A stretch of DNA of 61,565 bases, filler included, from Hausera hauseri (taxonomy: Eukaryota), in NCBI GenBank assembly GCA_046269625.1. It is 11 parts of 11 records of this genome, joined end to end, with 100 filler letters (N's around TTAATTAATTAA, not from the genome) between each part and the next. Parts side by side here need not be neighbours in the genome. Positions count along the whole stretch, not along the records: positions 11,261 to 15,872 come from JBJURY010504797.1; positions 15,973 to 21,072 come from JBJURY010335493.1; positions 21,173 to 26,107 come from JBJURY010386702.1; 8 more parts are not named here. One strand, given 5' to 3'. The notes under the pieces were generated by a model. That model was not told where the DNA came from, did not search any database, and saw only the letters and a program-made list of their open reading frames with translations. The translations under genes were made by a program, and so were the position numbers. How positions within the stretch are numbered: the stretch's first letter is position 1; each line of letters starts with the position of its first letter. Positions 11,413-22,245 of the stretch are shown here, in pieces.

Positions 11413-13035
11413 AATTGGCTAATTAACTTCCTAACCTTGATGATGTTAGTAAAGTGAATTGGAGCTGTTACGGTATACCACCGCGACAATTCAAACTTGG
11501 CCAAAAATATTCACTGATGGATTTATAAACATGGGAAGTCCCAAGGCCACACAAATTAGAAACAAAAGAAAATGACTACGTATTATATCAACAGCATGAT
11601 CTAACTTCTTTAGACGGAATAAAATGTATGTTTCGTAGATCTCGTAGTATTTTCCATTGTGAATAAATGCATGGACATAAAATAATAAAACCAACAACTC
11701 CACCAATCCCAATGAACCTAGAAAGACAACCCTGTAAACAGGCTAGAGAAACTGGTAGATTAAAATGGGATGGTATGGGACTAGAAATAAAACAAGGAAA
11801 ATAATTATATCATTTAAAGCAGCAGTCGGAAAATTAGATATGCATACCGAAATAAGCAACGGAGCCGAATACGACACTGGAAAAGGAATAGGAGGCGTAG
11901 TAGTTGTTGAATTTTATAAAATCGAAATGCGGATGTTTCATAGCGTTACTAAACTCTGTACTGAAAATCAAAAGTGTCATATACAGGACGGCATTTGCGC
12001 TTATAGAAGTTCAGTCGTAAATTTGGGAACCTCCAACTAAAACTGAATGTAACTTTATCAAATTTAACGAACCAAAGTTTAACGAAACGTCAGAAAAATG
12101 TTATGTAAACAGTATGAATCTGGTTCGAAAACGCGAGAAGACGTAGCAGTACAACCTACGCCAACCATATTAGTTTCCTATACTCACGGGTTAAAATATA
12201 TGAGAAAGGATGTACTCACACGTTGCGACGCAATGATGTATGCCATTAATTACAAAACATTTTTCGTAGCCAAAACTGAAATAAATATCAAGACGTTCAA
12301 ACTCGAAGCACACGTACGAATTGAAGATTGCTTGAAAAATAGAGATGTCTATTTCTTTTACAAAGGACAAGCCGGAATAACCGAACTATGTCATAAATTG
12401 TAATCACTGATTGCAAATTAGACTTTGAAATTACGAGAACTAAACTGGCTTTAATATAAGCTAATCCCTAGTTAGCATCACCAATAATTCCAATGAAGGA
12501 AGGTGTCGTTTTTCGAGTTACTGGTGAAATTTTATTAACTTATGAATGCGAAAAAAGAGATTTACCCATAAATGTAGAAGAAAAAAGATGAATTCAAGAA
12601 TTTCCAGTACTATACCGGAATATTCCGAGATTGGCGACGACAATTACTAGAGTTTTACCAGCAAACTCAACTAAACCAAGAATTTTGAAAGAATGTAAGA
12701 CGTGTCTAGGAGAACCAATGTTCAGACGTAACGAAACTGACTGGATAAGTTTACCAAATGAAAGCGTAACTACCCCGCACAGCAAATTAACGGGAACTAA
12801 CTTTGTAAAAGGAATAACGGACGACAAATTTCAAGACACCGCGATTAAAGTATTTACAAACCGAAGGAAGTTGAAGCACAGAACGAATGAAATACGATCA
12901 ACGTTTTCGAGAGACCGAGAAATGTAGGCTTTCAGAAACGCAGAATCGCAGCCAATAACTAGAAATCAAGAAACTGAAACCGTCAATTATGTAAATAATG
13001 AACTATATCCAAATGGAGAATTCAGACAGTTAGTT
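11413..13035 (+). pseudogene. env: Env: chuvirus/herpes-gB-like glycoprotein ectodomain preceded by an internal signal peptide; decayed, TM absent
   Basis: NWLINFLTLMMLVK*IGA|VTVY, KYSLMDL, IFHC, DGICAYRSSVV, RCDAMMYA, GEILLTYEC, EFPV, C...W pattern. Confidence 0.75.
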
Positions 13036-13139
13036 GATCATCCAGTTACAACTCCGAAATTAGAATAAATGGATACAATGTGTCAGTAATCCAGCATCCT
13101 AAAGTGGCACCAAATAGCTATGGTACAATAATTAAAGGA

Positions 13140-13440
13140 TGACCCTTCACTAAAATTCAAATAAAATGTTGGGAAGTCTATGAACTAATAGACACGGAAT
13201 CCCAAATATCACTAACAAAACACGACTCAATACTACAGGTTTTATGAAAACAATTATATCCACCACCAGCAACAGATCCAGGAACTGTTGGAGCTCTGTA
13301 TAGTCATCGAGATGTAAATACAGATGGAAGCCTGAAATATACATGATGGGAAAATCATTTCATCACGAATCCTCAATAATAAAACAATTAACTGATAATG
13401 TTGTGTTAGGAGACGATTTAGTGAAACAATTGTCAAATGT
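13140..13440 (+). pseudogene. pro: Retropepsin (aspartic protease), degenerate
   Basis: PFTKIQIKCWEVYELIDTESQISL (DTG degraded to DTE); downstream *CCVRRRFS-like remnant at the C-terminal LG.D position. Confidence 0.6.
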
Positions 13441-13769
13441 GGATTCCGCTGGAAAAAAGCAATCCTCCTAGAATACAGATGTTGATTTATGCACAATTCC
13501 GTCAAGATGATGATCAGCCAGTGTACTTTGAACCAAAAGAAACGCTAAATCCAAGCACCGTACACAGGGTATCGTCAGGCCGTGTGCCGATTAGATTAGT
13601 AAAAATGCGCCAATTCCAATTAAACTTTACGGTAATACTACAGTGGGTCATACGTATAAAGTGTCATCGATAACTATCGAGGAAAAACCTTATAAACGCT
13701 CTCAATTTCAATCTCATGTTGAGAATAAATTTTCACCTGAGTTTTACTGTCGCTTTTATGACCTGTTAT

Positions 13770-14740
13770 AAATCGATTATTGATGAAAATAAAGATATTG
13801 GTAGAACTAAAACTCCAAGGTTAACAATTCTGCTTAAGAGAAAGCCAGGTTCAAATGACTCAATAAATCTAGAAGATCAGAAGATGCCAAAATAGTATCC
13901 TATGCCTCATTTATTAATACTTGAAATAAGAAAAATTGAAAGAATGCTTAAAGCCGATATCATTAGACCGAGCTATAGATCTTGGTATTCACTTATACTT
14001 ATGATTAAAAAGAAAGGTTCCACAAAACATCAATTTTGTATCGATTATAGAGCGCTGAGCAATCTTATGATGAAAGATTCTTTTTCATTACCATCTGTAA
14101 AGGAAGCTTTAGATAGACTCTCAGGAGCAAAATGGTTTACCACTTTAGATTTGCAATCCGGATAGTGGCAAATAAAAATAGAAGATAAAGACCGTTACCA
14201 GATAGCATTTAAAACTCACGATGGTATATGCGAGTTTAATATCATGTCATTTGGTATTACAACCGGACCAGCTATTTTTCCCCGAATGAATAAAATATTG
14301 ATGGGATTAGAACATGCATTTGCATATTTAGATGGTGTAATGATAGTGTCATGAACGGAAGATGAGCATGTAAAGGATATCGAAAATACACTTACGAGAT
14401 TAGAACAGGCAGGATTAAATCTAGATCATACGAAATATAAATGAGCTCAGAATGCGGTATCCTATCTCGGACATATAGTTGGAGAAGGAGGATCGAAACT
14501 TGATAAGTCATTGTTAAACAAAATATCAGACTGTATGGAACCACAGAACCAAAAAGAATTAAGACATTAGTAAGGCTTGTATGGATATTATGCGACTTAT
14601 GTGCCAGAATAATGAAAATTAAATGCACCATTGTATCGTTTACTTAAAAAAGGAATCAAGTGGAAATGGACAGACGTCGAACAAAAGGCCTTCAACGAGA
14701 TGAAGACAATTTTAACCAGCGACCCAGTAATTCATTACGT
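13770..14740 (+). pseudogene. pol: Ty3/Gypsy reverse transcriptase, decayed, truncated before RNase H
   Basis: IIRPS.RSWYS, FCIDYRALS, WFTTLDLQSG*WQI, MSFGITTGPA, YLDG (YLDD), YLGH, AFNEMKTILTSDPV. Confidence 0.9.
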
Positions 14741-17700
14741 TTGACGCATATCGAAAAATCACTTTCTTGTAACACTTTCTTTTGCATTTCTCGGCTTCTC
14801 TTGAATAATATCGTGTTTTATTTTCGTCCACGCATTCATCCCGACATTCTCCATTAACCTATACCAATTTCCTGAATGTTGCTCAACATTTCTGGTTTGT
14901 CTTCAAGTTGATTTCTTTCTTCCACCATGTATTTTGCATTCGTTCTGACTTCACCGTTCGACTCACACAAATACCGACATTCGGAAACCATCATGGACTG
15001 GCTTGACCAACTTCCACTTCTGCTCCACAGACCCATGCTGGATCTTTGCCACTTTTGATTGATTACCCCGCTTGTGGCATTCACCCCTACCCACTCTATC
15101 CCATATCATTCGAACGCCCATAACCCAAACAACAAATTATCTCATCAATTACTGCTCAAATTTGGCTTCCGGAAGAAGTCGATTTGATTGCATTTCCTGA
15201 TTTCCCCTAGGGTTATACAGCCTCGCAGTGTGCACCATTGAATTCGCCGTACTCGAATTGTCCAAAAACCACTCATTGTCCAACAGCACCTGTTCCATTT
15301 CCCGTGTTCCTTTCTCCTCCAGGCCGACATCCAGAATATCTACCTCCTTTTACCTTTATGTAGAATTTAACTTTTTGTGTTAATGACTTAGCCTACTTGT
15401 GTTTTGGTTGTCAACGCTTTATTTAGTGGGAAAGGAAATTAGAATTACTTAAACAAAAAGAAAATAGACTAAGCAAAAATTATTTAACTTTTACTGAAAG
15501 GATGATTTCTTCGCTAGTAACTGTTCCGAACGAGGTTAGTGAATATATTTTTCTTATGCTTTTCCGAAAAATTGATTATTCCTTTGGTATATCGAACGGA
15601 TGTTAAGAGTTGAATCCAATTTCTCTACATAACCTTTAGCCACCGGGCGGTTAGACAATACAATTTCACCGTCATTTTTTAATTCTTCTATTATTAGTCG
15701 TTTATTCCTCATGGAATCACTAGATTCTTTGGAATTTTCGTTATATTTCAAAGGATTTTGTTCAGCCTTCTTGACAGTATTGCGAATTTCGCTCTCTTGA
15801 TAATCTTTTATCTCTTTTGACATTCGCTGTTTAATTTTCTCGAAATCCTTAACACGACTATCAACTCCTTGTNNNNNNNNNNNNNNNNNNNNNNNNNNNN
15901 NNNNNNNNNNNNNNNNTTAATTAATTAANNNNNNNNNNNNNNNNNNNNNNNNNNNNNNNNNNNNNNNNNNNNAACAATTATCTCCTTCACTCATTAAATG
16001 ATTCTTCTTTTTATCCTTTTTTGAATTTCCTGACTTTATATTGGCTGTTTATTGATTCAACTTTGAATTGAATTAAACATTAATATTCGTTTAAATTCCT
16101 CCTCACAATTACAATAAAAGAAACAAGGCCTTTTAATTTTATAGTATTTTAATTTATTTTAATTATAATGTAATACATTTAAAAAATGTTTATTTATTTC
16201 GTTTTAATTAGCAAGGTTTTACAGTAGCGCATTCCATCATAATAAAATTGATATATGTACATGATTGACCACAAATTATATTCGAGTGATATTTTTTATT
16301 TCGTCAGAGCACAAAGGAAACGACATAAATTGAATATTAAACGAAGATTTATTTAAAATGCAAATTTTAAATAAATCTTCGCTTCATGTGTTTATAAATG
16401 TCATAAAATGTCAAGTTGAGGAATACTACCTCATTGATAATTGGTTGTTTTGTGGCAATGAAAATTGAAATTAAATCTAAAAATTCAAATAACTGTAACT
16501 TATAAAAATGGTTATTCGTAAAACAACTATAAATGGTACTTCCAACAATTTAACTGCATGAATAAGTGTATTTCTGTTTTTTTATCAACATTTTACGAAC
16601 AGTTAGCACAAAGAAAAAAATTTACATACTAATATTTATAAATATGTTTACATGAAACGAAACATATTTTAACGAAAATAAATCAAAACTTTGAAATTAA
16701 TTTTGCATAAAATCTGAAAACTTGTTAAAAATCAAATAAACGTACTTGAGTTTTAAATCATCACGATAATTGCAAATTATGATTTCAACCACTATTACAA
16801 CTTTATATTAACAGAGTACACAACAAATGTCAATGTTGACTTTATTCGGTTATCGATTGTCCCATTATTGCTATAATAATAATTTGTAACTGATCGCCTA
16901 AAGTTGGTCAGTGTTTATCAATCGAAATGTGTGTTAAATAGACCAAACCTAATACGTACATCCTGATTATTGAAATTTACAACTTTGAAATGTACTTTGA
17001 AGTGTTCCACCGTTTGTTATAATTTGACAAATCATTCCATCTTCAATTATTGTATCAGTTACGCGTGTAATATTTATAACTGTTTTTACTGGATGTGTTG
17101 TCTGTCAGAACATTGTTTTTAAATCAAGGTTCGAATTAAGATTATTTTTGTTCAATATGCAATTCACACACCGAGAAAGTCTAAAAGATATTTTATGTAC
17201 ATTTTTATTTTACTGAGGCAAACAAAAGCACTGATCACGTGACTATCACGTAACTGATCACATGATGCGTGAGTGGACCCCTTTTCCCTTTGGTCCAGAA
17301 CCATTTTTTTACCCTACTTATTCGGACTTATTTGTTTTGCTGAAATGCCGATTCACTTAGCCAACCTATTACACTCAATGAATTCATTTTAAAACTTGAG
17401 TCATTCAACCAGCCCACCGTATTAAACTTATTTTAAAGTTTGAGTCACTGGTGGTGCTAATGCGTTTAAATTTAATGCGTTTTTAATGAAAAGCATTAAT
17501 CTTTGTAACAGTTATCAAATTGCAAAATAAATTAGATTTTTTTGTAAAAGTAGTCGAATTACTAAAGCAAAGTTCATTTACTCTATGTGAAAATATATTT
17601 ACTGAATTTTATTCTAAAACAATTTACACTGTTTACAATTGGGTATTTACCCATGTGAAATCAACATTCACCATTTTTACTTTTTGGATTATCATTTCAT

Positions 17701-18621
17701 GTAAGTTAATTTTGTTTTTCTTTCGTTTTGAAGTAACGCCAAATTTTTTGCAACATTTTTTGTACCGTTGAATGATAATTTTAGGAATATTAATTTTTTA
17801 TTTGATTTTCCTAGTTGTATATTTGGTGAAAAAACGGTAAACGGCAATTACATTGAACAGAGAATGTTTGTTTTATGTTTCTATTGTGATTTTTAACATT
17901 AAACAAAAATCAATTCAATTTTATTTGTCGTAACGACAGAATTAAAGCACAATTTTTCAAATTTAATTGTCAGATAATATATTTTATATATTGCGCTAAT
18001 TTTATTCGCACTGCGCAATCGCCGAATATCGTTATTCCGACGGATGTGTAACAGTTGACAGTGTAATCTGACTCATTTTTACGTGCAGATTTTCATCAGT
18101 GCGCGATGCACGAATGATCGGTGAGTGACGGCTGGTGAATTGCTTTGTTAGCGTGACTTGTTTCATCGATAGATTTTAACAATTGAAATTTGCCGTTGTG
18201 TGAATGTTTTGTTATCGTTCTGAATTACGACCAGTACATACACACCCACACATTATAATGGAACAATATTCAACGGGATAGCACCAATTTCCTGCTGTGC
18301 CATTTTACCTTTTGTTTACCTTTTTTTTGGACTAAGAAAAGTCGTAAAGGGAATTTTTTTCACTGTAGCAAGTTGACTATGAATGATTTTATTATTTATC
18401 TATTCACTGCTAATAGGGGAGGTAGCAGAATGCGACACTCCGAGCGGCACTTTGGTGGGATAGTAAAATAAGGCGATGAATTGTATGTGGAGACACGGGT
18501 GGTTCACAAGACAGACTTCTGGTCATTAAAGATAACTTCTTACTTAATGGAACTTGAATGACGTCTCTCATGATGTTGGACAACCAGTGGCGTAGCAAGC
18601 TTTAGTGATGCTTGAGATGGT

Positions 18622-18910
18622 GCCCCTTCCTCCACCCCCTTCCTCCCCCTTCCTTTACTCCCTTCCTCCGCCCCTTCCTCCACCCCCTTCCTCCATCCCT
18701 TCCTCCACCTCCTTCCTCCCCCTTCCTTTACTCCCTTTCTCCACCCCCTTCCTCCACCTCCTTCCTCCCCCTTCCTTTACTCCCTTCCTCCACCCCCTTC
18801 CTCTGCCCCTTCCTCCACCCCCTTCCTCCATCCCTTCCTCAGCCCCTTCCTCCACCTTCTTCCTCCGCCCCTTTCTGAACCCCCTTCCTCCACCCCCTTC
18901 CTCCGCCCCC
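18622..18910 (+). repeat. Pyrimidine-rich degenerate minisatellite (CCTTCCTCCACC-like units)
   Basis: Seen directly. It generates the Pro-rich and Gly/Glu-rich ORFs in the track. Confidence 0.95.
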
Positions 18911-19439
18911 ATTTACGTTTATCTGTGTTTAAATCTATATATAGCATGTCGAAAGAGGGGATGGGTTGGAGGTTAAACCTTCTATGGGATCTGACTCCAA
19001 ACATTTTTGTTTATAGGATCTGTTATGTTTCGGTGGACCACATCGAGTACAAAATATGCTATCGGTCAACCAAAAATCTAATTTCTCTGAAATCTAAGTT
19101 GTGCTCCAACTAAACAAAATCTGGGATATTTATGAATTCTGTCTATTTTAATTTGAGTTATTACATCGAGAAATTTCCGGCAAATAACCCCCGTAAACCG
19201 CCTCAGAATGGATCGATCTCAATAAGTTTTTGTAGCAAATTTTGTCTAGTTTCCAAATATAATGGTTTTTCTCAAGATTTTGATTAGAAAAAATTTCCCG
19301 TTTACGGATGTCGCGATATTTTCTCTCTTTAATTATTTGTATTTATTACACAAAAAACTAACACAACAAAAAGAAACTTGAAAACGAAGAGTTTACTGAA
19401 GCATTTTATCACTAACTGACCATAAAATGTCAATACACA

Positions 19440-19945
19440 TCCAATGAATTTGTGAATGTGGATAAATGGACCGAGATGTGCTACCATAGCATGAATAAAT
19501 CGACTAGCACCGAATCCACCAGTATCTTCAATGCATTTAGCGAACTTTACCGTTTGGCAGCAGTCTTTTGTAGATGAATGAAGGTCGGCACATGTAAGAC
19601 AAGAAGCGAATCTGTCAGAGAAATTTGTTTCAACCCTTGACACCATTGCAGACCAATGTTTAAATTCGCACAAAGCAAAAGGATCCTGTCCGATGCGTTT
19701 CTTCCGGACAAAAGGCATCCCAGTTCAGGTAAAACAGAACATAATCGCTTTATATCACATCCGTGAAACTTTGCATAGATAACTTGTTCTGCTTTCCTAT
19801 CTGCATCCAAATGCTTTTCTTTGAAAAAATATTGAATGTCAAGAAAATCATCATTCAATTTTTGCAAGGGCTCAAATAAAATGTTTCCGATCTTGATTTT
19901 TGTGTAATATAGAAGAAACAACGTTTTTTCGCGGGACCACAAGAA
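19440..19945 (-). pseudogene. Possible Ulp1/SENP-like (C48) cysteine protease remnant, probably transposon-borne
   Basis: Across frameshifts: KLNDDFLD, RILLLCA..KHWSAMV, QISLTDSL, then IEDTGGF. Order fits WLND...HW...DSL...Q..DCG, but the catalytic Cys is not seen. Confidence 0.4.
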
Positions 19946-21172
19946 GATCGCTTTTTGGAATCAACTTTCGTTTTCTAATTTGTTTCTCAATGTCCGGGCA
20001 TGTCTCGGTTCTCTCTTCGTACTTTTGGAAGTCAATCAAGTCGAAGTTTGTCAATTTTCCTGCTTCAAATCGCTTGGAGCACCCAAAAGTCATTCCACAC
20101 GCAAAACCAAAATTGGTGCTTAAAATGCCAAGTCACCGCCCAAGGAGATTTTGTAGCCGGCTTTCAAAAGAGCATCATACGGCGTTTCGATTTTCTTGGC
20201 TCTCAAACTCGAATAGGAATCGGATTCCTCCCAACATAAGACAGACAGACAATTTTAGTATAACGAGGGCCTTTGATGAAATACAAAGGCGACAGTTGCA
20301 GCAACTCTTCCACGACCTTTATCCAAAGCAAAACGTTTCCTTGTTCTTCGTTTAATCTAAGTCGTTTTTTTCCTTTCTTCTACAACTTTTTTTATGCCCA
20401 TGAGAGTCACAACTCGTTTTCATCGCTTTCATAACGAATAATAGTCTCAAATTTCTTTCTGGTCTGATACAAGGAACGTTTTAGAGAAATAACAGAGCCA
20501 ATCGAGTTTTGAAAGAAACGGTTCATCTTCGTTAGTGCTGCATTCGACATCCTTGAGCTCCGTTTCAATCCTAAAAGTTTTGAGGGTGTAGAGATGCATT
20601 TCTTAGAAATTGATGATCCTCGAAATCAACTTCCTTTTGTTTTTTGTTACACAGAGAGTCCAAACGAGAATATCTCAATGCTTCGATCAAAATTTCCTTT
20701 GCCGTTGATTTATTCTTTTTGAGCATACGAGCATTTTTCAAATGTTTTTCTTGGTCTTTAGGTTCGATCAAATTTGTCCCACTCTTTGATCCGCTTGGTA
20801 TCGGTTTTTTCGGTGCCTTGATTCTCCTCACAGAGCCACTCCTCAAAACGTGTCGCTTCTTTGGATTGTTCTGGATTCCTTTCTTGAGATTGTTGATTCC
20901 CCCTTTGTTGTCTCTCGAACAACGAGCCATTTCAAATAATTTATTATTTGAATAATTTTGCTTTTATGTAGATATTTTTTGAAACTATACATGTGTTTTA
21001 GAGGACAATAATGTTGCAAGATTCGAACGTTCTAATATTTCGATCTTACTAAGATCTTCATCAGAGAGCATCNNNNNNNNNNNNNNNNNNNNNNNNNNNN
21101 NNNNNNNNNNNNNNNNTTAATTAATTAANNNNNNNNNNNNNNNNNNNNNNNNNNNNNNNNNNNNNNNNNNNN

Positions 21173-22245
21173 ATTGGCGTAGATTAGAGCTAATTTAGTT
21201 CTCATAATTTCCAAGTCTAATTTACAATCGTTTGTTATCATCTTGTGATGCAATTTTGCTATTCCGGCTTGTCCTTTATAGTAAAAATAATCGTCTCTGT
21301 TCTTCACATAGTCCTCAATTCGGATATCTTGAGTCTCGAGTTGAACTTTCGTACATTTATCTCAATCTCGGCTACAAAAAACGCTTCGTAGTTGGTAGCA
21401 TACATTATTACGTCGCATCGGGTGAGCATGGTTTTCTTTACGAATTGTAATCCATGCGTATCCGAAATCAATATAGTAGGTGTGGACTGTTCGGCCACAT
21501 CTTCTCGTGTTTAAGAGTTGGTCTCTGTATTAGTTATGTACCGCTTTCCGGTCGTCTCGTAAAATTTTAATTCTTTGATCCTAATGAAGTTACAATCAGT
21601 CTTAGCTGGTGGTTCCCAGATCACTACTGAGCTTCGAAACGGACAAATGCCATCCTGGATGTTACATTTGTGGTTTTCGGTATAGAACTTGGTAACGCTA
21701 TGGAACATTACTTTCTGTATACGCATTTCGGTTTCATAAAAATCCACTACCACAACGCTCGGCTCTAATCCTTTTCCCGTATCATATTCTATACCTGGGC
21801 AATGTCCAGTGTGCATATCCAGTCGTCCTGCTGCCACCTTATATACTCTAATTATTTTTCCTTGTTGCATCTCCAATTCCATGCCATCCCACTTTATCCT
21901 TCTAGTTTCTCTGGCTTGTTTACAATGTTGACGCTCTAAATTCATTGGAATTAAAGGAATGGTTAGCTTGATTATTGACAAGTGTCCATGTATTAATCCA
22001 CAGTGAAAAATGCTTCGAGATCGTCTTCACATACACTCTACTCCATCTAATGCAATTAGTTCGCGTTGTTGATATAACACGTAATTTTTTCCTTTGTTTC
22101 CAGTTTGTGCGGCCTCGCATTTTTGCACATTTCCAAGTCCATTAGGGAGTATTTCTGGCCAAGCCTAAATCTATCACAATCATATACAGTGACGGCACCT
22201 ATCTGCCTTATTAGCATCATGATGGTCAAGAGGTTGATTAGCCAA
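21173..22245 (-). pseudogene. env: Env N-terminal half (gB/chuvirus-G-like) with internal signal peptide
   Basis: WLINLLTIMMLIRQIGA|VTVYDCDRFRLGQKYSLMDLEMC ... RSIFHCGLIHGH ... CKQA ... CNIQDGIC..RSSVVIW ... DCKLD. Confidence 0.8.

Larger units (their letters stand above)
7832..14740 (+). mobile_element. Ty3/Gypsy LTR retroelement family A, copy 1: LTR-PBS-gag-X-[gap]-env-pro-RT, 3' truncated
   Basis: Component features below. Collinear with copy 2 (21173-26107) on both sides of the 11161 linker. Confidence 0.85.

Noticed and set aside
14745-15872. Possible continuation of pol (RNase H/integrase) after RT
   Set aside because: No RNase H or integrase motifs; unrelated sequence, perhaps LINE debris on the minus strand.
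18605-19004. Pro-rich and Gly/Glu-rich ORFs on both strands
   Set aside because: Translation products of a CT-rich minisatellite.
20260-20310. CCNCRLC as a SWIM zinc finger of a Mutator transposase
   Set aside because: The frame is flanked by stops, the His ligand is absent, and another frame is more open.
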